Source: Camelus ferus (Eukaryota). Taken from it: 64,000 nt of DNA. A program made the translations under genes and the position numbers. Positions 42,951 through 59,100 of the stretch are shown here, in pieces (position 1 is the first letter of the stretch; the number at the start of each line of letters is the position of its first letter). The notes beneath the pieces were generated by a model, which was not told the DNA's origin, did no database searches, and saw nothing but the letters and a program-made list of their open reading frames with translations. The stretch spans positions 14,818,001 through 14,882,000 of the forward strand of contig NC_045707.1 of NCBI RefSeq assembly GCF_009834535.1. Reading direction: 5' to 3'.

Positions 42951-45430
42951 TTTTTTTTTTAATAAAAATAAATTAAGCCTATAAGACTCTTGGAGGTTAC
43001 AAAATGGTGGCCTCTGGCCTAATTAGACATACTATGTTTTGTTTGGCTCATAGAATTTTTAACAAATTTGAACAAACATTTAAAAATCAGGAGATGCCAC
43101 CATAAAAATTCAGATTTCATTATCTTAAATAGAAGATCTAGCAGAGCTGGGCAATAAGGACCTATGGCTCTGTATATGGGGCAGGGTGTGTCCAGTGTCC
43201 CATAGCCCCTACAACTCAAGTAAACACTTACCTCACCAGTTTTTCCGTTTGCATTGTCAGCCTAGCTGTAAATTTGAGTTTGTGACCTGTGAGCTAGCAC
43301 CTCTCTACTGCTTCAATTTGGCACCATCCTCACCCTGACCTTGGTCAGTTCCTGGTGGACCCTGCCAAGCTGTTTCCTTCTTCAAGACTCTGCACTTGCT
43401 GTTTCCTCTGCTTGGAAGGCTCTCTTCTTCCCCTCCTTCCTTCCAATTCACTTTTGACTGGTTCACACTTGAGCTTAAATGCTACCTGCTCAGAGGAATC
43501 TTCCCCCATTACCTTATCCAAAGCAACCTATTTTTGTCATTTTATTCATTACAAGTCGCCATACTTTCATTTGTTTGCATTTGTTTGTTTGTTTCCCACA
43601 TACAGGTTCCTAAAGGGAAAGAATCATATCTGTTTTGAATGTGGTTATTTCTTTAGCCACTCGCCTCATGCCCAAGACATATAGGCAGTCAAATATTGGC
43701 AAATGTTGTGAAAGGGATAGCAGGCATTGCTAATAATTAGAAGGGGTGAGTTCTGGTTCTAGCATGGTCATCCTGGGCTACACTTGATCTTATGTGTAAA
43801 ACTAGTAAGATTGCTTCTGAACCTATTAATCTGATGTTCATAGTGCTTTACAGTTTACAAAGAGCTGTGACATCACCTAAGTCACAGACTATTACATCTG
43901 ATACTTGTAACTATTGGCTAACAGATTCTGCTTAGAGACTTATCGTCATCCAGAATGTACAACTGAAGTGAACTTTAAAAGGCAAAATATCAATTAAAAA
44001 TGCACAGTATAAGATAAGCTTGCGCTCAAAACTGAGAGAAAGAATCTAGACCCCCTTAAGAAAGTGGTAGAGCCAAGCAGCAATCCGATTTGCACAAAGA
44101 TCCTTGAGCCCAGGTTTATAAATCCACTGGAAGCACAACTTTCTTTCCATTGCCTATGATCAGAATTGGTGAAAGGGTCTCTGTTTACTGAATTACCGCT
44201 CAGAACACTATGCAAAAAGACACTACATCATTCTCTTTTTAAACTCACCAAATCTCCCTTTGTCCAAATCCTATTTACTTTCAAGGCTCAACCCAAATAT
44301 CTTTTCCTAAAAGGATTTCCACCTTCTCTAAACTCCCAAAGAAACATCCAGTTGCATAGTTCAGTGACCAATGAGACATATGCACTGTCTCATAACATTC
44401 ATTACTTTCAGCTGTTATTTAAATCTTTTGTATTGTTTAACTTCACCTCCATTTACTCCTTTTCTCCTTTCGCCTTTCCTTAGAGGGTTGGAAACCTGTA
44501 TTTGGCTTCTAATTCACCCCTTTCATTCCAGTGCCAGTTCTTAACTCAGTGCAGTTCTCACAGTAAACACTCAAAACAATGTTTGTGGATTTGATCTCCC
44601 AGGAGATTAGTTACCTATTCTTAGTAGAGAAGGGGCCACCTTGACTATGGGGAATAAATTTCAATGCCTTCAAGCAACACAGAGAAGGGAACTAATCCAG
44701 ACTGAGCCTCCACTAAGTGCTAAACATTAACAAACACTTCACAAAGATTAGTTTATTCAGTGTCACAAGGACCCTACAAAATAGACTTTATTTTAAAAAT
44801 AGATGAGGATTCAGTTCAGAGAGATTAAATAACTTGTACAAGGACCTACAATAGAAAGGTCCTTTGGCCTAACTCCAAAGCCTCCTTTTCCCCCAGTATT
44901 CTGCAGTTTCCTCTTAGTAGATATATCCCCCACTTCTGCATTTCCCTCATTACTATACTGCTTAAATACTCAGTGTAAATAAAACGTTAGAATTTGAACT
45001 TCAGTGTCCTCAAGAGCCCTGGCATCCTCCATCTGTATCTAAAGGGCTCACTGTTCCGCTCCTTCCTGTGGGTCTACCTTTGCGCTTCCCAATGATACAG
45101 ACTTATTGCTGAACAGCACTTTGAGAGGAGCAGACAGAGGAGCCAGGGCTACCCACTGCCAGAGGTGATTGGGGTGGAAGAGGGGAGAGAGGTGCATTAG
45201 GAAGAGTTGCTCTTTTCTTTAAATAATAATGTCAAGAACATTTCATTCAGATTATAGGTTATTTTCATTTTCTCTTTGCTTACCTACATGTCCCAAATTT
45301 CCCACAGAAAGCCCCAAGTACAGAAAATTTTCTGCTCACTCTAAGACTATCCTTAGGTGGTTTTGTTCCCAGGATGTCCTATGTCTTCAGAAGAACTCAT
45401 TTACCTCTGAGGTGAAAATACTACAAGCTA

Positions 45431-45545
45431 TGCTATGGACTGAATGTATGCCCCCAAAATTTGTATGTTAAAACCCTCACCCCCAATGTGATGTATGAAG
45501 AGGTGGGACCTTTGGGAGGTAATCAGATTTAGATGGGATCATATA
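45431..45545. mobile_element. MLT1A/B-like LTR 5' fragment
   Basis: tgctatggactgaatgtatgcccccaaaatttgtatgttaaaaccctcacccccaatgtgatgtat...gggacctttgggaggtaatcag. Confidence 0.7.
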
Positions 45546-46289
45546 TAAACCATTGTGATAGATGGAAAATTTGTGAAATCCTAGACTCTGGGAATGGAGA
45601 AGGATCTTAGTTTTCCGTTCTACCTGTTTGTCCTTCATGACATGGATGGCACTGTGGTTCATTGTTGGTCCTAGCTAATTATTAGAAAGTGAGCTGCAAT
45701 GTTCTTCCCCATCCTTTGCTGTGCCCTCTGGGCTTTGAGGAATGAGTATGATGCCATTTCTGGACAACAGCTCTACGCTGGGTCTCTCTTCTGATCTAAA
45801 CATTCTCAGTTCTTTACCCAGGAAACCTACCATTCCACTCACTCCTGGAAGGAAACTGTCTTGTCTATCCATATTCTTCTTGAGGGACCCAGAACTGGGT
45901 AACAGTGCATAGTAGAGTGACCAGTGAATAGGATAGTGGGAATGCTCACCTGCCTAGCTGTGCTCACTGTTGTACAGAAGGAATGTGTAAGGTGACATCA
46001 GCCTGTTCTAGCAGCTGGGTCACATCTTGGTTCATGGCATACATTCATTTGATTAATGTGAGCCAGCAGAAGTTCAGATGCTAGTATCATGAGCCACTAA
46101 AGCTGGGCCAGAGAGAGGCTAAAAGATCTTATTTATGAAGAATCTTTAGAAGAAAACAGCAGCTTTCCCTTCCATCTCCATTTGATGTCACTGTCCACTC
46201 TGTTAGATCTTTTGGCCTGGGGAAAAGGGGAAGGAAGTAGAGGGGCAGTCGCCTCTAACTTTCAGAGTTAAAAGTTTGAATCTCTGATT

Positions 46290-46720
46290 TTGCTCAAAAT
46301 TAATCCATAGACTATTTACTGAGTGTCAACCATGCAGTAAGCAACTGAGCTAGGTACGATGATACAGTGTAAGCACAATAGACATGGAGCTTATACAATC
46401 TGGTGTGGGAAAATACATTAATTATATAATCACACAAATATATAATTCCAAAATATGACAGGTGCTTTGAGAGAAAAGGTGAAGATTCTAGGAAAATATA
46501 TAATGGAGAATCTGACCTAGTCTGACTTAGTCTTCAAGGCCTTAAAGAGGTGACACTTGGGTTTTCATCATCAAAGGAAGACAGTATGAGCTAACTGGGT
46601 GAAGGTGGTGGGATCATTTATGGCTGGGAAAGGTATTACAGGCAGAGAGAAGAGAAGAGTGTTTAAAGGCCCTAGGCAGGAATGAGGGGATGAGCTTAAT
46701 TCCATCACTGTTGGGCACAG
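46290..46720. mobile_element. L2 LINE relic
   Basis: tatttactgagtgtcaaccatgcagtaagc...gacatggagcttatacaatctggtgtggg...gcagagagaagagaagagtgtttaaaggcc. Confidence 0.5.
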
Positions 46721-47231
46721 TAACATACAGCAGGCTGTCTGTTGGGAGACGGGTTGGTCAGTTGGGGGATGAGTCGGGTAGGGCATTTATTTCAGTTTAT
46801 GGGCCAGCTGGCAGAACGGAAGAAGCTGGCTCTCAAAACACAATGATGCCAATATCTATAGGATGATGTCCACAACATCAGGTGGTTATTAACTCTGTAT
46901 CAGTATTGAGTTCTGATTGATCTGGCAACATGCTCGTCCATTACTACATATTGACCCCCAAGGCCATGCTTTTAAACCCATTCCACCCTGGGAAGCATCC
47001 TAGAGGCAGGAGCTAAAGTCAAGAGCTGGGGTTTCCTGTGGCTGACTGATTCACAGTGGCCTAGCAAGAGGCTCAGCTGCCTACAGGAATGGACACAACA
47101 AAAAGTGACAAGCCCAAGAATGCCAGGTCAGTCACTTCCGGTGTATCTTTTAGGCTCAGCTCCAAGGTGACAGGGAGGGCAGAGTTCACAAATCTGAGCT
47201 TGACTCTTCTGGGCAGAGAACTCTTTGTCAG

Positions 47232-47250
47232 TGGTGCCATCTGCAGGGCA
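47232..47250 (-). promoter_or_regulatory. CTCF-like motif, reverse orientation
   Basis: Reverse complement TGCCCTGCAGATGGCACCA. Confidence 0.45.
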
Positions 47251-48719
47251 TTAAGGAATTTGCCAGGAATTTGATGGGATTGGGATGGGGAAATGGCATC
47301 TTTCTCCTCCCTCCCTCAAGCCTCTGAATCTAAGCATGTCCCTAAATCATAGCTCTGGTCCTCCATTGGGCCAAAAGACCCCTGATTCCCTCTGACTTTT
47401 TGGCAGCACCTGATCCTATAAGGCAGAACCAGGTATCACTTCCCTTCTTCCCTGCCAATTAAATCTGTTCTCTGTAAAAAAATGAAGCAGTGGGCTTCTG
47501 CCATTTTAAGGTCGCTTCGATAAGGTTACGGAATGCTGGGTTGTGAAGGCATTCGAGCATTCTGATGTTAAAATTTTTTAAAACAGTGGGTGGGTATAAA
47601 TTGAAGGTGTTGATAATGTGGTCAAGGTTAATAATATTATTATCAGTATCATCATTCTCACCATCTGTAACTAAACCTTTCTTGGGCTTTATTTCTATTT
47701 CTTTTCTAAATAAATGGTAAAATCTTCCTTGGCAGTGACTTTGGTGTTCCGCTGAGCAAAGCTATCCAGTCCTGGAGTGTCCTGCCTCTCACCTCCTAAG
47801 CTTGGACAAACATCTATAAGCTTACAAGTCCTTCCAGACTTAATTGCCCTATTTACCACCCTCCCCTGACTACCTCCCCCCGCCTAAAGAAAGGTAGGAT
47901 GGAAATCTGTAGTGCTAAAGGAGAAAAGACCCAGAATTTTCAGAGAGCTAGACTAGTGACAAAACAAGAAGTCAAGTGTCTCAATCTGTTTCCTAGGCCT
48001 CTCTACCCCGGGACTCAACTTCTGAGGAGGTGCTAAAAGAGATCTGGGCCTGGAAAGAGAGTGGATATGTTTTACAAAATCCTAGAGTTTAATATTTATA
48101 TTCAATAGAATAATAAAGAATTTGGCCTAAGAGGGAAATAATTATTGTTTATTTTTACTTCCACTGAAACATTATGTGGGCAATAAACATTACCAGGCAC
48201 TATGATCGCTACTGGGGCAGGGATATAGATGATAAGATCCCAGTAAACAACTAAAGGAATGCTAGATGTCATTTCTTGGCTGCCTCAGCATTTCATTATA
48301 ACCATCTACCCCCCCACTGCCCTTGTGTCACAAACTTGTATCTCATGCTACCAAAGGCTTTGACTACTGGTACCTATAGTCATCATCTTGACTATATGAG
48401 TGTGAACAGAGGAAACAGAGGAAATACTGAATTCGAGCAGCAAGTTGTATCCACAATCAAATAATTAGGGTATAAAGGGGATTGAATTGCTTAGGAGGAT
48501 TGTAGCTAGGAGGTGTCTGTTCTAAAAGATAGCTTAAAAGGCAACTAAATACACTGAAATTTGAATTTGAGCTATACAAAATGGAAAAACCTTTTCTTTC
48601 CTAACTACAGGTTTCCTCCCTTTTTAAAAATGAAATATTTCAAGCATACAGGGGGAGAAAAGGATAATTATGATTGACATTGTTCTATTTGATAGAAATA
48701 TCAAATCTGAGGGTATTAT

Positions 48720-49170
48720 GTATAGCTGCCACTGATTCTTGCCTCCTGTCATTGTGTAGTTTCTCCCACATTGAATAGGACTGACATGTGTAACGAATAG
48801 GATATTGTAGAAATGACTGTGACTTTCAAGGTTATGTCATAAGATATTGAGGCTTTCAGCTTGCCTTCTTGTGGACCACTTTCTGGTGGAAACCTGCTCC
48901 TATGTTGTAAGGACACTCAGGCAGTTCTATGGAGAGGTCCACGTGGTGAAGAATTGAGGCCACCTGCCAACAACCTTAGACGTGAATTCTCCCAATCCAC
49001 TCAGGCGTTCAGATAATTGCACCCTCAGTCAGCATCTTGACTGAAACATTATAAGAAACCCTGGGACAGAACCATCAGCTAAGCCACTTCTGAATTCCTG
49101 ACCCTCAGAAACTGCATGAAGTTATACACATATATTAAGCCATAAAGTTTTGTCCAATGGATAGTAAACT
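48720..49170. mobile_element. MLT1-type (E/F/G-like) solo LTR
   Basis: ctatggagaggtccacgtggtgaagaattgaggccacctgccaacaacc...cagctaagccacttctgaattcctgaccctcagaaactg...taagccataaagttttg. Confidence 0.7.
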
Positions 49171-50557
49171 TGTAAAAACCTACCAACCAAACTATCATCT
49201 TAACACTGCCTTGTTTACTAGTTTGTTTTCTTAATACAAACACACCCCCCTCAAACAACAACAAAACATTAGATAAAGTTGAAACCCTGACTTCTCTACC
49301 CTACCTTCCTGTCTTGGGCCTCAGAACCCTTAACGTGCGCGCGCGCACCCCCCCCCCCCCCGCCCCAGCACACCGTAGACTTAATGTGTGCTTTTCCTGA
49401 AGAGCTCTTCTCTGCATTGGTTTGCTGCTGTTTCCCAGGCTCCTACCTTTCCCTCTTGTATTGCAGAAAATACAGAGGGACTCTTCAGAGGTTCTTCAGT
49501 CATCACTTAAGATGGTCTTCCTCTATGAGTTCAGCACTAACTTAAAATTCTATTTCCATGTCATCACTAATTCCATTAGGGTTTCCCTCACTGCTTTAAA
49601 GCCCCGGCATCTTCCTTTCTCTGGGACCCGTGGGGTGGCTGGCTACATGTTCTGCTGGGTTGGGCCTGCAGTGTCACCCAATAGCCTTCTCTTAAAATAC
49701 CCATGGATTGTTTCTTTCAGGAATTGACAGCAGTCATTTGTTAAGCTTATAGTATTTATGGACTAGGGAAAAAACTGGGAAATTTTTGGTCTTCCCTACT
49801 CATATCATGTCTTTAGGTCTCAATAGTCCCTGGGCTTTCCGAATTTGAAGTGTACATTTCCTCCTCCAAAAAATCCTCTTATTTGCTTTCCACTTACCTA
49901 CCTCCTCTAGTGTTTTAGATGTAGCCAAACTATATACTGGAAAGAATGTAAACTATGCCAAGTGCTATAAACTGTACTCTTACCTTTACAAACGTTGCCA
50001 CTTCACCTCCTTCTAAAGCAGTGCTCTTCCACAAATGCACATGGGTTACTCTGGGCACTCTACCAGGAATCCTGAGTATGCAAAATTTTCTCCCATTACA
50101 GGGTGGCAAACACAGCTTTTTATCTTTCTGCTTGAATATTCCTCCAGCCAGTTATTTACCTGTTCAAGGGTCATTGAAATTATATTCCACTGTAAGTTAA
50201 CAGGCCCCCTGTTAAGTTTTATCTGTAGGGTATTAAAAAAATCTCCTCATACCTAATTTGTAATTACTCAATCTTAAGAATTAGATGAGTAAAATGAGTC
50301 ATCTGAATTTACATTTTCCCAAGCCCCCTGGGGACCTGGATTCCAACACTGGTTGAGGTGAGACCAGTTTCAGTATTCAGCTCTCTTGCTTTTCCAGACC
50401 AGTGTGCTCCTTTCCCCCTTAGAGATATCCAGATAAGGAATGAAATCCTTGAAATTACAACCCTGTTGCAGAGACAACTGGAGGAGGTGTAGCACATCTT
50501 GGATAGGAGAAACCAATTTAGAAAAAGCACAGAAGTCAAATTTTCTTTCTTAAAGCC

Positions 50558-50563
50558 TTTACT
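50558..50563 (-). terminator. TUBA1B non-canonical polyadenylation signal AGTAAA
   Basis: tttact on + strand about 160 nt past the stop, at the end of a 3' UTR that resembles the human TUBA1B UTR as recalled. Confidence 0.6.
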
Positions 50564-50719
50564 TTTGAGACATGATAGGAAAATCTTACAGGAACACATG
50601 GAAAATAAATGATCACAGCTGAAGGTGAAGACAATCTAATCAGAAAGCTTTTGTTTACTCCTGTCAGCTAATGCTGAAGCTCTGAGGAGGACATGCTGCA
50701 GGGCTGAAAGGAATGGTAA

Positions 50720-53948
<3,229 letters not shown>

Positions 53949-54879
53949 GGTGGCTACGGGTCAGCAGGCGCAGGCAACAGGAGTAGACACCGGGTCCCGG
54001 TTACCGTCCCCGACAAGCTAAGAGTCGAGGTAAGTAACGCACTGAGGCGGGGGTGGAGCGGGAGCCACTTAAGTAGCGGTCTGGGGAGGGGCGGACGGGC
54101 ACAGGCGGCGCCATTGGTCGCAGGCCCCTCCCTCGGCCCGGCGCGCCCACTCGGCGCCCGGCTGGGCCTCCGCAGAGGCGGGCTCCTGGCTCCGAGCCCC
54201 CTCCCCGCGCCGGCCGTGTCGGGCGGGGTCCGCGGCGCCTGCGGGCCGCGAGCTCGGGTGCTGCAGTCTTTGGCGCATGGCTGTCAGGGCCTGGGCGGGG
54301 GTGAGGGTGGGGGTGGGGCGCAGGTTCAGAATAAACCAACAAGGGAATGGAGGCTTAATTGCCTTCCTCTGGACGAATCCTAAGACTTAAGAAGCCACAC
54401 AGTTTTAAAGATGAAGACCATGAAATGCAGAAACATCTGGTTCGGATAGTTCAGCTGATCAGTTTCATGTTGTCTCAATTTGTCAGTGAGTTTTGCCTTT
54501 TTCTCTTCTCAGTTCCTTTAAAGGCAGTACAGAACGCACTAAACTGATAAGGTGAAGGAGCAAGGTTTAGAAAACAAGAGTAGTTGTATTTGGTTTACTG
54601 TAATGACTTGTTCTTTAAACTAAAGATACCGAACGTTGGAAGCAGGTATTATTTCATTCAAAGAGTAAGTACCTAAGCACTGAACACCTAAGTTGTTAAA
54701 AGGGCAGAATAGGCCCCATTTTTAGACCTAAACCAACCAACTTTATGGAATAGCTCTAGGGGCTTTTTAGAAAGGGAGATTTAAAGACACATTTCAAATT
54801 TAATAGCTGAATTGAAGACGTGAGGACAGAAACGGGGAAGGAAGAAATTGACACTGAAGGATGTTAGGAAGTAGGAAAA

Positions 54880-54961
54880 AATTTTAAAGTGAAGTATAAT
54901 TGACATACAATGTTATTTTAGTTTCAAGTGTACAACATAGTGATTTTACATTTATATGCAT
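54880..54961 (-). mobile_element. Old L1 3'-end fragment, left half (interrupted by the ERV)
   Basis: tgaagtataattgacatacaatgttattttagtttcaagtgtacaacatagtgattttacatttatatgcat; the L1 sequence continues at 61555. Confidence 0.75.
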
Positions 54962-55457
54962 TGTCAACCTCAGAGATAAAATAGCCAGTTATTTTGCCAG
55001 TAACATGGATTTATTTGGAAAAAGCAGAGAATTGCAATTTGGGACAGGCAAGCTATGGGAAAATCATAGGCAAATCAACAGAACAAAGGAGAGGGGCTTG
55101 TTTTTATTAGGTTTTGGGAGAAATTAGGGAGGATTGTTTGAAAAGTTCATTGAAGAAGAATGAGAGTTCAAGATCGTGGCTATTTCTCATTGGCTGCAAG
55201 TGGTGGTTAGAACAAGCTGGGGCAGAGAAGGATCTTTCATTTTTATAAAAGCAGTAGATAGAATTCCTACGTGAAAATGTTCTCCCTTGTACCAGAAGAA
55301 AAGTAACATTCTTTAAAAAAAAAGAAAAGAAAAAAAGTTCTTATCTTCCTTCTTCCTGCTGGTTATGCAGGCTCCACCTAGTACTATATGTTTTGAGAGT
55401 TCTGCCTTCAGGACTTCCCAACTCCATTTAAAATGAGATGTCCTTCATTTATGTTCA
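54962..55457 (-). repeat. 3' LTR of the ERV
   Basis: On the minus strand: CCAAT at 55189-55193, TATA-like CTAATAAAAA at 55101-55110, AATAAA at 55010-55015. Homologous to 61102-61554. Confidence 0.85.
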
Positions 55458-55920
55458 TATTTACCCCCTTTTGATCAAGATCTTTCCTCTAAAGCATTGC
55501 TGACTAAGAAGCAGTTCTTCTACATTTAGTGGTTTTGTCCTTCAGTGCCTGGAAGGACTTTTCTTGGTTGTCATGTCTCACATGGGAGGGAAAGTGCGAT
55601 TGGAAACCATTGAGGCCATATTTGAGTAATGAGGAAGAGTAGGAGGGAGAACTCTCAGGCATTTCTCATTTTAAACTCTATCTCTTATCAAGAGCTTAAG
55701 CATTGGAGATCATCTTGAAGAGCTGAGCTAGCATCACTCTCTTGGGTAAGTAATTTCTATAAAGATTTAACAGGCAACAGGTACAAAATGTAAAAATGCT
55801 TATATAAAGTAGAGTTAAAATTAACATGTTGTGTGATGGTTTTAAACCAGAAGCCCATACCTGAAGGTAACCAGCTAAATAGGTCAGAAGAGAAAGTAGG
55901 GGTCAGCAGATGAAAGTTAT

Positions 55921-56160
55921 TGTAACCAATGGGCTTGTTCCCTGATTTTGTGTAATTGAGTTTCTGTTCTCCAGAGGCATTTATTCATATGCAACAGGTG
56001 GTATTTGCTATAGTATAAATGCCTCTTTGCTCAGCAAGTGGATAATCAAGGACCATGCTATTACGCAAAATTAATTTAGTCAGTCAATGAGTCACGTGAC
56101 CATTGCTGGATTGCTATTGCTTTGGCTGTGGAATCAGCAAGCTTTCCTAATGTTAGGAAG
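55921..56160 (-). pseudogene. Retroviral env transmembrane (immunosuppressive/CX6CC region) remnant
   Basis: SMVLDYPLAEQRGIYTIANTTCCI*INASGE, then a frameshift to ETQLHKIREQAHWLQ. This is a gamma-type TM with the first Cys of CX6CC changed to Tyr and a stop. Confidence 0.75.
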
Positions 56161-59100
56161 AGATTTCTGATCATACATTCATTGGTACTTATTCTGACCC
56201 AAAGGAGAAAGGTTGGCCCTATGGAGGCATTCTTGGAGACATGTATGCCTCCTTGAAGTTCTCAGTTAAGGTGACCATGGAGACTTAATGGGGTGGACCA
56301 ATGGGAAGCTTCAGAAATCTTACTTTGTAGCTGTCATCAAGGGACACCAGGTAAAATTAGCAGCAGCACTTGGGACAGGTGAAAAAATTCATCACAGGAT
56401 GGACTAAAGTGTCACTATTGTCATGAACAGATCAAAGTTTCTGGTGACAAGCCCAACAATTAGATAAATTTCCCTCTTTTGTAATAGATAGAGAAATGCA
56501 GTTAAGAGCATTTCTTCTTAAGAAAAAGAGGGAAAGGATAGGTAGGAAGTAACAGTGGGAAATGGTGTGCAGGCTTAGTCTGGTCATCTTGGGAAAGCTG
56601 TCTCCTTCAGCTGTTGCCTGCTTCAATTCCTGGTCTGTTTGATTCGGAGGTCTCCAGTGCTTGAGTAGGACTGAATGTCAGGTGGAGCCTTCTTTAGCTG
56701 TGGGAAGTGTACCCAAGGCTTGAGTCTCTAAAGTTTGGCTGTTATCTGCATAGTGAGGAGGACCTAGTATAGTCCCTTCCAAGGATATTTAAGGAATCTT
56801 TGTTTTTATTGATTTCAGGTCAGAAGGGTAAGAGAAAATTGGAAACATTAGTTTGAAGATTTGTAGTCAGATATGTGACGAAATTAGGAGTTTAGATCTG
56901 GTCCAGCTTACAGGTGTGTGATAAAACCTTAGCAATAATTAGCAGGACAAGAATCTAATGTCTACAAAGGTGCAAACATAATTTCTCTCTCCATAATTAT
57001 TCCCTTTTTTGCCAAAGATAATCATGGTAAACCTAATTTGTATTAAATTTGGTCTCATTATTTACATAAATGTGGCAAGAATAGTGATTGACCATGTAAA
57101 CTCTTAAGATTACTAAATTGTATGCAAGGTACTAGGCCAATTTTCCCAAGCAGTTTCTTAAAATTGTCTGATTATATCTGAGTCTATGTATAGCTCTCTT
57201 GAGTATGATAATCTGGTCAAAGACTTGGTAATATAGCCAATATTTCCAGTTATTTTCTGTTACAGGGAGAATAGATTATTTTAACTTATGTAAATACTGT
57301 CATTAACAATAGAATGCTTAGTAAGTGTTTCTGAATCCTGGAGGTTTCAGGTAGGGAAAAAAGAGAAATATTTGATCTTTGCTTTCAAAAGTATATTTTA
57401 CCAAATTGCTGTCACAGATGCTTAAGAGAAAAAGTTTCCTTAAATCTGGAAAAGTAAAACATTAGAGAACCAGTATAAGAAGTCATAAAAATGTAATCAT
57501 CCTCATTAGTTCATTTAGTCTCCTGTATTAATTCTTGTTGATCTTGATATTGGGTTAGCAGCTTTATGAATCTATCAGTTTTCCATTAAATTTTTAGAAA
57601 CTTTTGCCAAGTTCAGTGTTACCATGTTAAAGTTATCAGAAACCTGCATTCTTGAGTACTTGTCAGGGTCTTTTCCATGAATCTCCTTGAAGATGAAGTT
57701 CCTTGAAGCTGTAGGAACGTTTTTGCAAAGTATTGGAGCGAAACAGTAACTGTCTATAAATAACAAAAGACTTAAAAATAGCAAGAATTAAAGATTAAGA
57801 GTTCATTATAATGCAGTTCACAAGGGAATTAGGTTACTTCTGTGACATACAACATTTTAAGATAATAGCTGGAATTATGAATGATAACATGATACCAGGA
57901 CATATCAGATTTCTAGGAAGGTTATGTAATTTCTGAAATACCTGTACACATACCTGCACAGATGTAACATAAAGGAGACCTAGTATTATTTCTTACTTGA
58001 AAATGCTTCCCATGCAATTTAACATATCAAATAATCCTAATTATTTTAATACCTTCCTTTTTATAAGGAGAGAGAACCAATCCTTTGAGATGCTCCAGGG
58101 ACCCTCTGGAAAAATCCCAGAGGTAGTCTAATGTCAAAAAGAGTTCATTTAGAATTTGATTTTTGGAAAGTTTGTCAAAAATATTTAGTCAAAATAGGAT
58201 CACAGATCACTATGAAATAATATTACTCATTTAACCCAAATGACAAAAAGATTTCAAAGGCAAATACAGAAGGTTACATAGTTCCAAGAAGCCTTAGCTC
58301 TTTCACAAATCAGTTTTAGCAAGGGATTGTCTACTGCAACCTATATTTTTTAAAAACTCTTTTTTTTTCTGACAGTTTCAATTTTATTACTTCAAATATT
58401 GTTTTCTCAATTTCAAAAACTTAAAAGTCTTTGAGTAAATGTAAGGCATTTGTTACAGAATAATTACAGATTTACTCTTAGGATAGCATAATTGCCTATG
58501 CATTACATTAAATGAATATAAACTCCTTCTATATAATATAGTTAAAATAAGCCATATGCTTTTTGGAAATTATAGTATGAGGTTTGTTTGTACTGGCTCA
58601 TCCTGACATGGCTCTGCTATGCTGGAAATGATAGAATGGTGAGGTGGGAGGCAACAGGATCCCCACATTATTGCTGAAAAGGTTTGCTCCAAATTGAGTA
58701 GGCAGAATAAAGATTTGAAAGATGGCATGTCAACTTCTAAATTGATGACAGAGTTATAAATATCTGGGAAGCTACCAACAGAGTTTCCAGCCTTGCAATT
58801 AGTTAGAAGAAATGGGGGTTATTCTTTTAAACAAAGATTGCTGCCTGGCTCTAAATCTGAAAAGACAAAGCCTTTTCAGCTGGTTGCATAGACTCTTTTT
58901 GTTGCTCAGTTCACTGTGGTAAACAAACAGTGTCTTTCAAATGTGTTAGATCATTCCACAGTAAGAAATATAGTGTATATTATGGCCCAGGACATACTTA
59001 CATATATAAAACCATTTAAGAAACTGAAATAAAAGCTTAATAAGCTGGCATGTATTTCCTATTTTTAGTATACATCATGCATATATTCCATTTTGCAGTT

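Noticed and set aside
47480-47830. Possible additional LTR-like segment with a few intact CpGs
   Set aside because: No second copy, TSD or clear termini found, so I could not assign it.
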